DNA of 64,000 nt, from positions 1,959 through 65,958 of the forward strand of contig JAFAZW010000006.1 of the NCBI GenBank assembly GCA_019239415.1, written 5' to 3'. Positions 18,453 to 29,387 of this stretch are shown here, piece by piece; positions within the stretch are counted from its first letter, which is position 1, and each line of letters starts with the position of its first letter. Under the pieces are notes generated by a model, which was not told the origin of the DNA, did no database searches, and worked only from the letters and a program-made list of their open reading frames with translations. The stretch comes from Alphaproteobacteria bacterium (GTDB lineage: Bacteria > Pseudomonadota > Alphaproteobacteria > Sphingomonadales > Sphingomonadaceae). The position numbers were made by a program, and so were the translations under genes.

Positions 18453-19473
18453 CCTCCCGCCCGTGCGGGTGGACCCAGGCGAGCAGCCGGTCCTCGCCGC
18501 CCGGCCACAGCCGGAGCCGGAGGCTGTATTTTTCCTCCTCAGGCCGCTTCTCCATCCGCAGCCAGGCGAGCGGTTCGCGCGCGCCCGCCGCTTCGATGGC
18601 CGCGGTCACCCGCGCCTGGGTCGCGGCGGGGAAATATTGGTATGCAACAGAGTGCATGATTATGCGTGCCGACCCCTCAGCAGCGGGCCTGGCGAGCTGC
18701 ATCTCTATCCATTCGGCCGCGTCGCCCCGGTCGCGCGGGGGCGGATCGCGCTTGAGCATGCCGATCGCGGCTGCGGCGGCCGCGAGGCGCTCGCGCTGGT
18801 CGGGCCAGACATAAGCGAGCAGGCGCTCCGGATCGTCGGGCGGGTCGAGGTCGACGCCGCGCCGCCCTGCGATCGGTACCTCCGCGTCCGGCGGAGGGGC
18901 GCCTTTCCAGGTTGGGCGCAGCTGAACCGGCGACGCCCGATCGCCGGTGGCGAGTCCGCCAAGGTCGTAGCCATAGCGGTCGAGGATCAGGTTGAGGCCG
19001 GCGCTGGCGCCGAGCTCGAGGAGATGGAGGGGCCGGCGCAATGCCCCGGCGGCCGCGAGCAGGCCGGCATAGAGGACGGCCGAGCGGCCGACCTCGTTGG
19101 TCTGGGGCGGGAGGTCGAGCCCGGCGGCAAGGTCGTCGCGGGCGAGCGCCGGCCGAAGCGCTTCGCGGAGCGCGGTCTCGCCGGGCATCGGAGCCGGCGG
19201 GTAGAGCGTCGCGAGCGCCGGCAACGCGCCCGCGCGGACGAGGGCGTGAAGGCCGCCGCAGAGCCGCAGGGCGAGGGCGCCGGCCCCCGAGGACGGGTCC
19301 CCCGGCCAGTCCAGGGCACGGCGGCCGGTCGGCGTCGCCCGGTCGAGCGTCTCCCCCAGCACCGCGCAGAGACGGGCGGTGAAGGGGGAGCCGAGCTTCG
19401 CGCACCAACCCGCCTGCTCGGCGAAGGCGGCGCGGACGCGCTCCTCGCGCGCGTCAGTCGCGGAGGCGGGCAC
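18421..19473 (-). CDS. DUF2332 family protein
   Basis: 350 aa. FAEQAGWCAKLGSPFTARLCAVLGETL and LLELGASAGLNL resemble DUF2332. Confidence 0.72.
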   Translation of the reverse strand: MPASATDAREERVRAAFAEQAGWCAKLGSPFTARLCAVLGETLDRATPTGRRALDWPGDPSSGAGALALRLCGGLHALVRAGALPALATLYPPAPMPGETALREALRPALARDDLAAGLDLPPQTNEVGRSAVLYAGLLAAAGALRRPLHLLELGASAGLNLILDRYGYDLGGLATGDRASPVQLRPTWKGAPPPDAEVPIAGRRGVDLDPPDDPERLLAYVWPDQRERLAAAAAAIGMLKRDPPPRDRGDAAEWIEMQLARPAAEGSARIIMHSVAYQYFPAATQARVTAAIEAAGAREPLAWLRMEKRPEEEKYSLRLRLWPGGEDRLLAWVHPHGREVRWLAEAPAR

Positions 19474-21829
19474 CGGCCTTGGCCGCGGCCGCGACGATGC
19501 GGTCGGCGATCGCCTTCAGCTGCTCCTCGGTGAAGCTCTTCTCCACCGGCTGGAGGAGGATCTCGAGCGCCAGCGATTTCTGCCCCTCCGGCACGCCGGC
19601 GCCGGTGAAGACGTCGAACAGGGAGACGTCGACCACTGCCTGCTTGTCGGCGCCACGGACGGCACGGAGCAGGGCGTCCGCCGGCAGGTCCTGAGGTACC
19701 AGGAAGGCGAAATCGCGGGTGACCGACTGCAGCGCCGGCGGGGCGTAGGCGTCGCGCGTCCGGCCGGAGGCGCGCTTCGCCGGGATCGCGTCGAGGTAGA
19801 TTTCCGCCGCGACCACCGGGCCGGCGAGGTCGAACGCCTTGAGGATCGCCGGGTGGAGCTCGCCGCATTCCGCAAGCACGTTCTTCGGACCGAGGCAGAG
19901 GCGCGCGGAGCGGCCGGGATGGTAGACGCCGGACGCGGGGCTCAGCGCCTGAAGGTTGTCGACCCGCGCGCCCACCGCGGCGAGCAGCGCCATGGCCTCC
20001 GCCTTGGCGTCGAAAGCGTCGAAACCGCCCGGCTTGCCGCGGCGCCAGTCGCGCGCGCCCCGCTCGCCGGCGAGGACCAGGCCGAGCGTCGGCCGCTCGC
20101 CGTCCGCCAGGTAGCGCCGGCCAATCTCGAACAACCGGACGCTCGCCGCGCCGCGCGCGAGGTTGCGCCGCGCGGCGGCGAGGAGGCCGGGGAGGAGCGA
20201 GGGGCGCATCGCCTTCATGTCCTCGCTGATCGGATTGTCGAGCGCGAAGGCCGCGCCGCCGAACGGCGCCGCCTCGGCCTCGGCGATGAAGCTCCACGTC
20301 ACCGCTTCGTTCAGGCCCCGCGCCGCCGCGCTGCGCCGGACGCGCCGTTCGGCAAGCTGCTCCGGCGTCGCCGTGGATGTCGCGACCCCCGCCGCGCGCG
20401 GCAGGGGCGCGGAGGCGATGCGGTCATAGCCCTCGATTCGCACGATCTCCTCGACGATGTCGGCGGACCCATCGACGTCGCGGCGCCACGAGGGCGCGGT
20501 CACTTGCCACGTCTCGCCGTCGCGCACCTGGAAGCCGAGACGGCGCAGGATGTCCTTCTGCCGTTGTTCCGGCACCTCGACACCGCCCAGCTCCCGCGTC
20601 CGCTGCGGCCGGTAGTCCACCATCGTCCCGACGTCCGGCGGGCGCCCCACGCAGACGGTCGTCGACGCTTCGCCGCCGGCAAGCGCGACGGCCAGTGCCG
20701 TGGCAATCTCGATTCCGGGCAGAAGGAAGGCCGGGTCGACGCCGCGCTCGAACCGGCTGCGCGCGTCGGAAGTGAGGCCGAGCTTCTGGCCCGTCCGCGC
20801 GATCGACGCCGGATCGAACCAGGCGCATTCGATGAGGATGTCCCTCGTCGCCTCGGTGACGCCCGAATGCTCCCCGCCCATGATGCCGCCGATGTCGTGG
20901 ACGCCCGCGTCGTCGGCGATCACCGTCATCGTGCTGTCGAGCCGGTAGGTCTTGCCGTTGAGGGCGAGCACCTCCTCGCCGTCCCGCGCCTTGCGGGCGA
21001 CGATGGCGCCGCTGAGCTTCGCGAGGTCGTAGACGTGGAGCGGCCGGCCGTAGCTCAGCATGACGTAGTTCGTCATGTCGACCAGCGCGCTGATCGGCCG
21101 CTGGCCCACTGCCTTCAGCCGCTGCTGCAGCCAGGCGGGCGACGGGCCGTTGCGCACGCCGCGAAGGACGCGGCCGGCGAAGGCCGGGCACCCTTGCGCA
21201 TCTTCGATGCGGATCTCGATCGGCATGTCGAAGCGGGGCACGACCGGCTCCACCGCGATGTCCCGCAGCCTCCCGAGGCCGGCCGCGGCGAGGTCGCGGG
21301 CGATGCCGTGGACGCCCATGCAATCCTGGCGGTTGGGGGTGACGGCGACGTCGATGACCGGATCGTCGAGGCCAGCCCACGGCGCGAAGGCGGCGCCCAC
21401 CGGCGCGTCGGCCGGCAGCTCGATGATGCCGTCATGCTCGTCGCCGAGCTGGAGCTCACGCACCGAGCACATCATGCCGCGGCTCTCGACGCCGCGGATC
21501 GCCGCGACCTTCAGCGTCATGTCGCTTCCCGGCACGTAGGCGCCGGGCGCGCCGAACACGCCGACGAGGCCGGCCCGCGCATTGGGCGCGCCGCAGACCA
21601 CCTGGATCGGCTCGCCGGCCCCGGCATCGACGCTCAGCACCTGGAGCTTGTCGGCCTGCGGATGCCGCTCGGCGGTGAGCACCCTGGCGATGGTGAACGG
21701 CGCGAGCGCCTCGGCGGGGTTCTCGACGCCTTCGACCTCGAGGCCGATGCGGGTCAGCGTCTCGACGATCGTCGCGAGCGGCGCGTCGGTGTCGAGATGG
21801 TCCTTGAGCCAGGAGAGGGTGAATTTCAT
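19454..21829 (-). CDS. pheT: phenylalanine--tRNA ligase beta subunit
   Basis: Start at the internal ATG ([14 protein letters not shown]), 791 aa. ATGA overlap with the pheS stop. Confidence 0.95.
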   Translation of the reverse strand: MKFTLSWLKDHLDTDAPLATIVETLTRIGLEVEGVENPAEALAPFTIARVLTAERHPQADKLQVLSVDAGAGEPIQVVCGAPNARAGLVGVFGAPGAYVPGSDMTLKVAAIRGVESRGMMCSVRELQLGDEHDGIIELPADAPVGAAFAPWAGLDDPVIDVAVTPNRQDCMGVHGIARDLAAAGLGRLRDIAVEPVVPRFDMPIEIRIEDAQGCPAFAGRVLRGVRNGPSPAWLQQRLKAVGQRPISALVDMTNYVMLSYGRPLHVYDLAKLSGAIVARKARDGEEVLALNGKTYRLDSTMTVIADDAGVHDIGGIMGGEHSGVTEATRDILIECAWFDPASIARTGQKLGLTSDARSRFERGVDPAFLLPGIEIATALAVALAGGEASTTVCVGRPPDVGTMVDYRPQRTRELGGVEVPEQRQKDILRRLGFQVRDGETWQVTAPSWRRDVDGSADIVEEIVRIEGYDRIASAPLPRAAGVATSTATPEQLAERRVRRSAAARGLNEAVTWSFIAEAEAAPFGGAAFALDNPISEDMKAMRPSLLPGLLAAARRNLARGAASVRLFEIGRRYLADGERPTLGLVLAGERGARDWRRGKPGGFDAFDAKAEAMALLAAVGARVDNLQALSPASGVYHPGRSARLCLGPKNVLAECGELHPAILKAFDLAGPVVAAEIYLDAIPAKRASGRTRDAYAPPALQSVTRDFAFLVPQDLPADALLRAVRGADKQAVVDVSLFDVFTGAGVPEGQKSLALEILLQPVEKSFTEEQLKAIADRIVAAAAKAGARLRD

Positions 21830-22917
21830 CCGCCCACGCCCCCGCTCAGCGTCGGGACGTCGAAGGCGGAGAAGCCGTAGTGACGAAGCCAGCGAAGATC
21901 CCCGTCGAAGAAGGCCCTGAGGTCGTCCATCCCGTATTTGAGCATGGCGAGGCGGTCGACGCCGGTGCCGAAGGCGAAGCCCTGCCACTCGTCCGGGTCG
22001 AGCCCGCAGGCGCGGATGACGTTCGGATGGACCATGCCGGAGCCGAGCACCTCCATCCACCCGTCCGCGCCGCCGACGACGCGGCGGCCTTTCTCCCAGG
22101 AATAGCCGACGTCGACCTCCGCCGACGGCTCGGTGAACGGGAAGTAGCTGGGGCGGAGGCGCAGGACGATGTCGTCCCGCTCGAAGAAGGCCTTGAGGAA
22201 GGTCTCCAGCGTCCACTTGAGGTGCCCCATGTGGATGCCGCGGTCGATCACCAGCCCTTCGATCTGGTGGAACATCGGCGTGTGGGTCGCGTCGCTGTCG
22301 GAGCGATACACGCGGCCCGGCGCGATGATGTAGAGCGGCGGCTGCCGCGCCTGCATGGTGCGGATCTGCACCGGCGAGGTGTGGGTGCGCAGCAGGTGCC
22401 GCATCGCGCCCTCGGCGAAGCCCGGGTCGAGCTCGCCTTTCTGCGGGAAATAGAAGGTGTCGTGCATCGCCCGCGCCGGATGCGTCTCGGGGATGTTGAG
22501 CGCGGTGAAATTGTGCCAGTCGTCCTCGATCTCCGGGCCGGTGGCGACGGAGAAGCCGAGGTCGGCGAAAATCTCCGCGAGCTCGTCCATGACCTGGCTG
22601 ACCGGATGGACGCTGCCCTGCGGACCGGGGGACACCGGAAGCGTCATGTCCACCGTCTCGGTGGCGAGCCTCTTCTCCAGCACCGCCGCCTCGAGCGCCG
22701 CCTTGCGCGCGGCGATCGCGTCGCTCACCTGCTCGCGCAGCGCGTGGATGCGCGGCCCTTCGACCTGGCGCTGCTCGGGCGTCATCGCGCCGAGCGTCTT
22801 CAAAAGCTGGGTGATCGCGCCCTGCTTCCCCAGCGCCGCCACCCGCTCCGCCTCCAGCGCCGGGAGGTCGGCGGCGGCGGCGATCCGCGCCAGCATGTCC
22901 TGTGTCTCGCTTGCCAT
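21826..22917 (-). CDS. pheS: phenylalanine--tRNA ligase alpha subunit
   Basis: Start at [12 protein letters not shown], 363 aa. Class II motifs are present, including [11 protein letters not shown] and [12 protein letters not shown]. Confidence 0.95.
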   Translation of the reverse strand: MASETQDMLARIAAAADLPALEAERVAALGKQGAITQLLKTLGAMTPEQRQVEGPRIHALREQVSDAIAARKAALEAAVLEKRLATETVDMTLPVSPGPQGSVHPVSQVMDELAEIFADLGFSVATGPEIEDDWHNFTALNIPETHPARAMHDTFYFPQKGELDPGFAEGAMRHLLRTHTSPVQIRTMQARQPPLYIIAPGRVYRSDSDATHTPMFHQIEGLVIDRGIHMGHLKWTLETFLKAFFERDDIVLRLRPSYFPFTEPSAEVDVGYSWEKGRRVVGGADGWMEVLGSGMVHPNVIRACGLDPDEWQGFAFGTGVDRLAMLKYGMDDLRAFFDGDLRWLRHYGFSAFDVPTLSGGVGG

Positions 22918-22968
22918 CGCCCGCGCCGTAGCCGAACCTGCCCCGAAAATGGAAGGGAGGAGCCGTTC

Positions 22969-23898
22969 ATGGCCTGGCCCGAGCTCGACGCCGAGCGCGA
23001 CGGCGGTACGATCGCGACGCTCCATCTGGCGAGCCAGCTCGTCGGCAAGGCGGCGGTCGCGTTGCTGCCGTGGCGGAACCACGGGTGGCACGTCACGCTC
23101 CATCTCCACCCGCGTGGGCTCAGGACGGAGCCGCTTCATGCGCCGGAGGGCGTATTCGAGCTGGGGCTGGACCTGGTCGACGGCACCATCGCCTATGAGG
23201 ACGCCCGCGGTCGGCGCGCGGTCTCCCTCGCCGGAAAGACGATTGCGGAAGTCCATGCGGCGACGCTGACGATGCTCCGGGACGCCGGCCGCGAGGTGCG
23301 CCTCCACCCGGCGCCGAACGAGATCGATCCGGTCATTCCGTTCGCCGAGGACCGGCGGCCGCGCGACTTCGATCCCGACGCCGCGCACCGGCTGCTCGGA
23401 GTGCTCCTGGAGAGCGACAGGGTCTTCCGGCTTTTCCGCTCTTCCTTCCTCGGCAAGGCGAGCCCGGTCCATTTCTTCTGGGGCAGCTTCGACCTTGCGG
23501 TAACGCGCTTTTCCGGTCGGCGTGCGCCGCGCCACCCGGGCGGGGTGCCGCACCTCCCGGACGCGGTGACGCGCGAGGCCTATAGCCACGAAGTCTCCAG
23601 CGCCGGCTTCTGGCCGGGTGGCGCCGGCGCACCCGGCGGGCCGTTTTTCTATTCCTACGCCTATCCGGCGCCGGGAGGCTTCGCGGAGGCCAAGGTGGCG
23701 CCGGAGGAGGCGCGGTTCGATACCGGCCTGGGTGAGTTCGTGCTCGACTATGAGGCGGTCCGAGCCGCCGCCGAGCCCGACGCGGCGCTGCTCGCTTTTC
23801 TCCGATCGACCTACGCCGCAGCCGCCGAGCTGGCGGCCTGGGACCGCACAGCGCTGGAGTGCGACGAAGGCCGGCCTCGCCGACCGCGCCGCGTCTGA
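22969..23898 (+). CDS. DUF5996 family protein
   Basis: ATG 22969 is preceded by [41 protein letters not shown] matches my recollection of DUF5996. Confidence 0.65.
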   Translation: MAWPELDAERDGGTIATLHLASQLVGKAAVALLPWRNHGWHVTLHLHPRGLRTEPLHAPEGVFELGLDLVDGTIAYEDARGRRAVSLAGKTIAEVHAATLTMLRDAGREVRLHPAPNEIDPVIPFAEDRRPRDFDPDAAHRLLGVLLESDRVFRLFRSSFLGKASPVHFFWGSFDLAVTRFSGRRAPRHPGGVPHLPDAVTREAYSHEVSSAGFWPGGAGAPGGPFFYSYAYPAPGGFAEAKVAPEEARFDTGLGEFVLDYEAVRAAAEPDAALLAFLRSTYAAAAELAAWDRTALECDEGRPRRPRRV

Positions 23899-23905
23899 TC
23901 GCGTC

Positions 23906-24475
23906 TCAGTCGAATCGCAGCGCCGCTTTGGCGAAGGCGCCGGCCCGCGCCTCGTTGCACCGCTCGGCAGCGGGGAGAAAGAACTTGTCCTCGCCGACGA
24001 TGCGGCCGCTCCCCTGAATGGCCGTCGCGAATTCCGTGAGGACGGGGTGAGCGGCCATGATGCGGCGCATCTCCTCTTCCTGCGCCGGCGTCGAAGCTTC
24101 GCCCTTCTGCGCGAGCGCCTCGATCGCGTCGAGGCGACGGGCTTCGTCGCTTCGGTAGAAGGCGATGAGCTCCCGAACCTTTTCCGCGCCGAGGCCGCGC
24201 CCGGCGATGCGCAGCGTGCGGCGGGTCGTGGCGGCAACCACGCCGGCGATGCAGCGGGCATGCGCGGCGAGGATCGGCGTCACGTCCTGCTCACGCCCCG
24301 GATTGAGCGCGCCGATCCTAGCAATCTCCGCGGGGTTGGCCTTCGCTTCCGTTCCCCACTCCTCCTGGTGCGGAAGCGACGACAGCAATTCGTCCAGCAG
24401 CGAGTCCGCAACCGCCGGCTGGGAGAGCGCGGGCGCCGCGGCGAGCAAGGCGGCAAGGATGAGAGCGGCTTTCAT
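23906..24475 (-). CDS. hypothetical secreted protein
   Basis: 189 aa with a clear signal peptide ([20 protein letters not shown]). GC3-rich codon usage resembles the neighbouring genes. No family recognised. Confidence 0.5.
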   Translation of the reverse strand: MKAALILAALLAAAPALSQPAVADSLLDELLSSLPHQEEWGTEAKANPAEIARIGALNPGREQDVTPILAAHARCIAGVVAATTRRTLRIAGRGLGAEKVRELIAFYRSDEARRLDAIEALAQKGEASTPAQEEEMRRIMAAHPVLTEFATAIQGSGRIVGEDKFFLPAAERCNEARAGAFAKAALRFD

Positions 24476-24536
24476 GGCGGGCTCCTGTGCATGACCAGCA
24501 TCGGGCTTATGCTGCCGCCTGTCCAGTAGACACCAA

Positions 24537-24568
24537 AAAGGCGCGGCGACCGTAGTCGCCGCGCCTTT
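24537..24568 (-). terminator. rho-independent terminator of rpmI-rplT
   Basis: Perfect 14-bp stem AAAGGCGCGGCGAC / GTCGCCGCGCCTTT with a 4-nt loop. A U-run follows on the minus strand, 21 nt after the rplT stop. Confidence 0.75.
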
Positions 24569-24589
24569 CCTGGTTCGCTCGAAGCGGGC

Positions 24590-24955
24590 TCAGCCCTGCG
24601 CGGGCAGGGCCGCTCTCGCCTGGGCGACGATGGCGCCGAACGCCTCGCCCTCGTGCATGGCGATGTCGGCCAGCACCTTGCGGTCGAGGTCGACGCCGGC
24701 GAGCTTCAGGCCGTGCATGAACTGCCCGTAGGTCAGGCCCTCGGCCCGCACCGCGGCGTTGATGCGCTGGATCCAGAGCGCGCGGAACGAGCGCTTCTTC
24801 ACCTTGCGGTCGCGATAGGCGTACTGGCCGGCCTTCTCGACGGCCTGCCTGGCGATGCGGATCGTGTTCTTGCGGCGGCCGTAATAGCCCTTCGCCTGCT
24901 CCAGGATCCTCTTGTGGCGGGCCTTGGTGGTGGTCCCGCGCTTGACGCGTGCCAT
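24590..24955 (-). CDS. rplT: 50S ribosomal protein L20
   Basis: [30 protein letters not shown] is a canonical L20 N-terminus. Confidence 0.97.
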   Translation of the reverse strand: MARVKRGTTTKARHKRILEQAKGYYGRRKNTIRIARQAVEKAGQYAYRDRKVKKRSFRALWIQRINAAVRAEGLTYGQFMHGLKLAGVDLDRKVLADIAMHEGEAFGAIVAQARAALPAQG

Positions 24956-24967
24956 GGCGGTTCCTCC

Positions 24968-25171
24968 TTATTTCAGGCCGTAGGGCGCCCAGGCCTTCAC
25001 CCGCGCCGTATCGGCGTCGGCGAGCACCTCGGTACCGCGATTCTGACGGATATACTTGGCGTTGTGGCTGATCAGCCGGTGGCGCTTGCCCGCGACCCCG
25101 TGCTTGATCTTGCCGGTCGCCGTGAGCTTGAAGCGCTTCTTGACGCCGCTCTTGGTCTTCAGCTTGGGCAT
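24968..25171 (-). CDS. rpmI: 50S ribosomal protein L35
   Basis: Internal ATG. MPKLKTKSGVKKRFKLTATGKIKH is a canonical L35 N-terminus, 67 aa. Confidence 0.95.
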   Translation of the reverse strand: MPKLKTKSGVKKRFKLTATGKIKHGVAGKRHRLISHNAKYIRQNRGTEVLADADTARVKAWAPYGLK

Positions 25172-25308
25172 TTTCGTCTCCTTGTGCGCAACGAAGCGCG
25201 ACGGTTTTGAACAGCCACGGCAGCCCTTGTGGCCGGGCCGTTCGGTCTCTTCCAAAGGTGGAAAGAAGCGGCGCCTATAGAGGGGAGAGGCCGCAGAGGC
25301 AAGTGCCC

Positions 25309-25388
25309 GTCATCCCGGCGCAAGCCGGGATCTCCGTGAGACCCGACGTGACCTTTCTCCACGAGATCCCGGCTTGCGCCGGGATGAC
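25309..25388. repeat. family-A nested-hairpin inverted-repeat element, copy A1 (80 bp)
   Basis: The arms are GTCATCCCGGCGCAAGCCGGGATCTC (25309..25334) and GAGATCCCGGCTTGCGCCGGGATGAC (25363..25388). Each arm is itself a hairpin. Related copies lie at 51755 and 62336. Confidence 0.85.
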
Positions 25389-25395
25389 GGCTACC

Positions 25396-25415
25396 CCCTC
25401 CCTCCCTCCCTCCCT
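25396..25415. repeat. tetranucleotide microsatellite (CCCT)x5; (AGGG)n on the minus strand
   Basis: Counted directly. The last unit overlaps the prs TAG stop (25414..25416). Confidence 0.9.
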
Positions 25416-26349
25416 AGTCGAACAGGCTCGAGACCGACGTCTCGTCGGCGATGCGCTTGATCGCCTCGCCGAGCAGGGGGGCGATGGTGAGGATGCGGAT
25501 CTTGGCCGACGCGGCCGCGGCTTCGGAGGCCTGGATCGAATCGGTGATGACGAGCTCGGTCAGCACCGACCGGTCGACGCGGGGCACGGCGGCGCCGGAG
25601 AGGACGCCGTGGGTGCAATAGGCGACGACTCCCTCCGCGCCGGCTTCGACGAGCGCCCCGGCGGCGTTGCACAGGGTGCCGGCCGAATCGACGATGTCGT
25701 CGATGAGGATGCAGAAGCGGCCCTGGACGTCGCCGATGATGTTCATCACCTCCGACTCGCCGGGGCGCTCGCGGCGCTTGTCGACGATGGCGAGGGGGGC
25801 GTTGTCGAGCCTTTTGGCCAGCGCCCGCGCGCGGACGACGCCGCCGACATCGGGCGAGACGACGGTGATCGGGCGGCCGCGAAAATGGGTCTTGATGTCC
25901 TCGGCCATGACCGGCGCGGCCCACAGATTGTCGGTCGGGATGTCGAAGAAACCCTGGATCTGGCCGGCGTGGAGATCGACGGAGAGGACGCGGCTGGCGC
26001 CGGCGACGGTGATCAGGTTGGCGACCAGCTTCGCCGAGATCGGCGTGCGCGGCCCGGGTTTGCGGTCCTGCCGGGCATAGCCGAAATAGGGCAGGACGGC
26101 GGTGATCCGCTTCGCCGACGCGCGGCGCAGCGCATCGATGCAGATCAACAGCTCCATCAGATTGTCGTTGGCCGGGAAGGAGGTCGACTGGACGACGAAC
26201 ACGTCCTCGCCGCGGACATTCTCGTTGATCTCGACGAACACCTCCTCGTCGGCGAAGCGGCGGACCGAGGTGTCGGTGACCGGCATTTCGAGATAGGCGG
26301 CGATGGCGCGGACCAGCGGCAGGTTCGCATTGCCGGACATGAGTTTCAT
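25414..26349 (-). CDS. prs: ribose-phosphate pyrophosphokinase
   Basis: Start at [17 protein letters not shown], 311 aa. The motifs [10 protein letters not shown] and DDIVDSAGT are present. Confidence 0.95.
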   Translation of the reverse strand: MKLMSGNANLPLVRAIAAYLEMPVTDTSVRRFADEEVFVEINENVRGEDVFVVQSTSFPANDNLMELLICIDALRRASAKRITAVLPYFGYARQDRKPGPRTPISAKLVANLITVAGASRVLSVDLHAGQIQGFFDIPTDNLWAAPVMAEDIKTHFRGRPITVVSPDVGGVVRARALAKRLDNAPLAIVDKRRERPGESEVMNIIGDVQGRFCILIDDIVDSAGTLCNAAGALVEAGAEGVVAYCTHGVLSGAAVPRVDRSVLTELVITDSIQASEAAAASAKIRILTIAPLLGEAIKRIADETSVSSLFD

Positions 26350-26445
26350 GGCGAACCGTCCCTCCGCCGCCCATCCCTTAAGGATGGAGCAGGCGATGGC
26401 AAGCCGTCGTTGCTCCCCCGCCGCCCGCGCCGTAGAGGCGCCGGC

Positions 26446-27771
26446 ATGCGCGTCGTCACCCGCTTCGCTCCCGCCCCGACCGGCCGGCTCCACGTCGGCA
26501 ACATGCGGACGGCGATCCATAACTGGCTGTGGGCCAAGAAGCATGGCGGCCGCTTCATCCTGCGGCTCGACGACACCGACCGGGAGCGGTCGCGGGAGGA
26601 TCATGTCGAGGCGATCCGGGCCGATCTCGCCTGGCTGGGCCTCGCGCCGGACGAGGAGCATCGCCAGTCGGCGCGGTTCGACCGCTACGACGCGGCGCTG
26701 GAGCGGTTGAAGGCGGCGGGGCGGGTCTATCCCGCCTACGAGACGGCGCAGGAGCTGGACCTGAAGCGCAAGGTGCAGCTCGGCCGCGGCAAGCCGCCGG
26801 TCTACGACCGCGCCGCGCTGAGCCTCACCGAGGCGGAGCGGGCGACGCTCGAGGCGGAGGGGCGGCGGCCGCACTGGCGCTTCCGGCTCGACCATGCGGC
26901 GCCGATCGGCTGGGACGACCTCGTCCGCGGCCCGCAGCATTTCGATCCGGCCCTGCTCTCCGATCCCGTGGTGCGGCGCGAGGACGGCAGCTGGCTCTAC
27001 ATGCTGCCGAGCGCCCTCGACGACATCGAGCTCGGCGTCACGCACGTCGTGCGGGGCGAGGACCATGTCGCCAACACGGCGCTCCAGGTGCAGATGTTCG
27101 AAGCCCTGGGCGCGCCGGCCCCGGCCTTCGCCCACGAGGCCTTGCTCGTCGGTGCGGAGGGCAAGCTGTCGAAGCGGCTCGGCTCGCTCGGGGTCGAGGC
27201 GCTGCGCGCGGAGGGGATCGAGCCGGCGGCCCTGGTGGCGAAGCTGGCGCGGATCGGCACCAGCCTGCCCGTCGAGCCGTTCGTCGAGCCGGGACCGCTG
27301 ATCGAGACGTTCGACTTCGCCACCTTCGGCCGGGCGCCGGCGCGGTTCGACCTGGCCGAGCTCGCCGGGCTCAATGCGCGCATCGTCCATCTTCTGCCCT
27401 ATGAGAAGGTGCGCGCGCGCCTGCCCGAGGGGATGAGCGAGGCCGACTGGCTCGCGGTGCGGCCGAACCTGCGCACCGTCGCCGAAGCCGCGGAGTGGTG
27501 GGATATCCTCCACGGCCATGTCGCGGCGCCTCCCGCTGCGGACGACGCGGGCTTCCTCCGCGAAGCCGCCGCCGCCGCGGCCGCGGTCGACTGGAGCGCC
27601 GATCCGTGGCGCCAGCTGGTCGATCTGCTCAAGGCGCGTACCGGCCGGACCGGCAAGGCGCTGTTCCACCCGTTGCGCGGCGCGCTGACCGGCCGCGACA
27701 GCGGTCCCGAAATGGCGGTCCTCCTGCCGCTGATCGGGCGCGAGGAAGCGATCGCCCGGCTCGGCGGGTGA
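26446..27771 (+). CDS. gltX: glutamate--tRNA ligase
   Basis: Internal ATG 26446. HIGH-type motif PTGRLHVGN and KMSKS-type motif KLSKR are present, 441 aa. Confidence 0.9.
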   Translation: MRVVTRFAPAPTGRLHVGNMRTAIHNWLWAKKHGGRFILRLDDTDRERSREDHVEAIRADLAWLGLAPDEEHRQSARFDRYDAALERLKAAGRVYPAYETAQELDLKRKVQLGRGKPPVYDRAALSLTEAERATLEAEGRRPHWRFRLDHAAPIGWDDLVRGPQHFDPALLSDPVVRREDGSWLYMLPSALDDIELGVTHVVRGEDHVANTALQVQMFEALGAPAPAFAHEALLVGAEGKLSKRLGSLGVEALRAEGIEPAALVAKLARIGTSLPVEPFVEPGPLIETFDFATFGRAPARFDLAELAGLNARIVHLLPYEKVRARLPEGMSEADWLAVRPNLRTVAEAAEWWDILHGHVAAPPAADDAGFLREAAAAAAAVDWSADPWRQLVDLLKARTGRTGKALFHPLRGALTGRDSGPEMAVLLPLIGREEAIARLGG

Positions 27772-27832
27772 GGGAAAGCCGGCGTTCAGCTGCGCCTGCG
27801 TAACGACTCGCGGTTCATTCCGGAGGAAGAGC

Positions 27833-28207
27833 ATGCGCCTGCGCGATCTCACCGCCTGCCTCGCCGTCGCCGCCCTCGCCGTCGCGGCGGCTCCGCCGCC
27901 CAAGGCGCGAAGGATCAGCGACGCCGAGCTGGTCCGCTACGCCGCCTCGAAGTTCGACGCGCGCAAGTGGATGTTCCAGCGCGAGGTGGTGGGCCTCCAC
28001 CGCGGCACCCTCGTCGTCGCCGATTATCACTGCGGCGACGTCTGCCCACACTATACGCGCCGCATCATCCACTATGACGTGACGCCGGCCGACTGCGCGC
28101 GCGTCGGCGGCGTGGTGGCGTCGGAGCTGGTCGTGCGCGGCATCGGTGTCCGGAAGCTGGAAATCTGCAAGCCCGCGGTGCTGGCGAAAGCCGTTTCCGC
28201 CCGCTGA
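27833..28207 (+). CDS. hypothetical secreted protein
   Basis: 124 aa with a signal peptide and conserved-looking Cys pairs. No family recognised. Confidence 0.45.
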   Translation: MRLRDLTACLAVAALAVAAAPPPKARRISDAELVRYAASKFDARKWMFQREVVGLHRGTLVVADYHCGDVCPHYTRRIIHYDVTPADCARVGGVVASELVVRGIGVRKLEICKPAVLAKAVSAR

Positions 28208-28252
28208 TCTCGCGGAAATCAGGCGCGGGAACAAAGCCCCTTCTCCTGCTTT

Positions 28253-28287
28253 ACGATATGTTGTAACATCATGTTATAAGATATCGT
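28253..28287. promoter_or_regulatory. 35-bp AT-rich palindrome, candidate operator upstream of the TonB-family gene
   Basis: ACGATATGTTGTAACAT-C-ATGTTATAAGATATCGT has 15/17 symmetric positions. It lies ~40 nt upstream of the start at 28328, in an otherwise GC-rich context. Confidence 0.45.
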
Positions 28288-28327
28288 TCCAGAGTCGCGC
28301 GAAGCGGCCGAAGCGAGAAGGAGAAGG

Positions 28328-29017
28328 GTGATGGTGCAAGCAGGATTCTACCAGCGCCGGAAGACGAACCCCGGTGCGGTCGCGGCGGTCGTGCTCCTCC
28401 ACGGAGCCGTGCTGACCGCCCTCGTCCTGGCCAAGGAAGGCAATTATATCGTCGAGCGCCTGCGGCCGACCCGGATCATCGACGTCCCGCTCGACAAGCC
28501 GCCGCCCGAGACGCCCAAGCCGCCGCAGCGCGAGCCGCGTCAGCAGGACAGGATCACGACGGTCCGCATCCCGGACCCGCTGCCGCCGCCGCCGACCTGG
28601 ACGCCGACCCAGCCGCCGGAATTCCCCACCGATCGGGCCCTCACGGCCGGCAGCGATACGCTGAAGGGCCCGCCGATCGCCGACCCGCTGCCGCCCCCGC
28701 CGCCGCCGCCGGAGGTGAAGCTGCAGCCGGCGCGGGCGAAAGCGAATCTCGGCTCCTACGTCTCCGACGCCGACTATCCGTCCGACGCGGTCCGGCGGGA
28801 GGAGCAGGGCGCGACCCGCTTCCGCCTCGCCGTCGGGCCGGACGGCCGGGTCACCGGCTGCACGGTCACCGCGTCGTCCGGCTCGGCGGCCCTCGACTCG
28901 GCGACGTGCCGGCTGATGAAGAGCCGCGCCCGCTTCGCACCGGCGCGCGACTCGACCGGCAACGCCGTCGCCGACGCGGTGACCAGCACGATCGTCTGGC
29001 GCTTGCCCGCCGGCTGA
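28328..29017 (+). CDS. energy transducer TonB-family protein
   Basis: N-terminal TM anchor, Pro-rich spacer, and a C-terminal TonB domain (YPSDAVRREEQGATRFRLAVGPDGRVTGCTV). ATG 28331 is an alternative start. Confidence 0.8.
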   Translation: MMVQAGFYQRRKTNPGAVAAVVLLHGAVLTALVLAKEGNYIVERLRPTRIIDVPLDKPPPETPKPPQREPRQQDRITTVRIPDPLPPPPTWTPTQPPEFPTDRALTAGSDTLKGPPIADPLPPPPPPPEVKLQPARAKANLGSYVSDADYPSDAVRREEQGATRFRLAVGPDGRVTGCTVTASSGSAALDSATCRLMKSRARFAPARDSTGNAVADAVTSTIVWRLPAG

Positions 29018-29054
29018 CTCTCTGGCGCGGGGGCCGGGCAGCGCCTATCTTGGC

Positions 29055-29387
29055 GTGATGCCCTGGTTCCCGCGCCCCGCCACCCCCAAGGCCCTGATCG
29101 CCGACCTCCGGCTGTTCGCCTCGCAGCGCAGCCCGTACCAATGGGCCGGCCTCGCTGTCGCCATCATCATGCCGGTGCTGATCATTGCCGGCTTCTGGCA
29201 CGACGCCTCCCACGGCATCCAGCCCGGCCCGCAGCTCATCTACGTCGACTCGTGGCCCGCGAGCCGCACCGACGCCGAGATCAAGGCCCAGCAGAAGGTC
29301 GATCAGGCGAAGCGCGAGGCGGCGCTCAAGGAGCGCCAGCGCCAGTATCAGAAGCTCGACCGGGAATTGAAGAAGGTCGGCATTTGA
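29055..29387 (+). CDS. hypothetical small membrane protein
   Basis: 110 aa with one TM helix (WAGLAVAIIMPVLIIAGFW) and a charged coiled C-terminus. It is coupled to ribD through overlapping stop and start codons. Confidence 0.5.
   Translation: MMPWFPRPATPKALIADLRLFASQRSPYQWAGLAVAIIMPVLIIAGFWHDASHGIQPGPQLIYVDSWPASRTDAEIKAQQKVDQAKREAALKERQRQYQKLDRELKKVGI

Noticed and set aside
25172-25308. Looked for an L20-type ribosomal leader upstream of rpmI.
   Set aside because: I could not recognise a conserved pseudoknot or helix mimic by eye. It cannot be supported without a covariance-model search (Rfam L20_leader).
29018-29383. Looked for an FMN riboswitch (RFN element) ahead of the rib operon.
   Set aside because: The region is occupied by a 110-aa ORF that overlaps the ribD start, and I could not see the conserved RFN core. 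The 37-nt gap before 29055 is too short.
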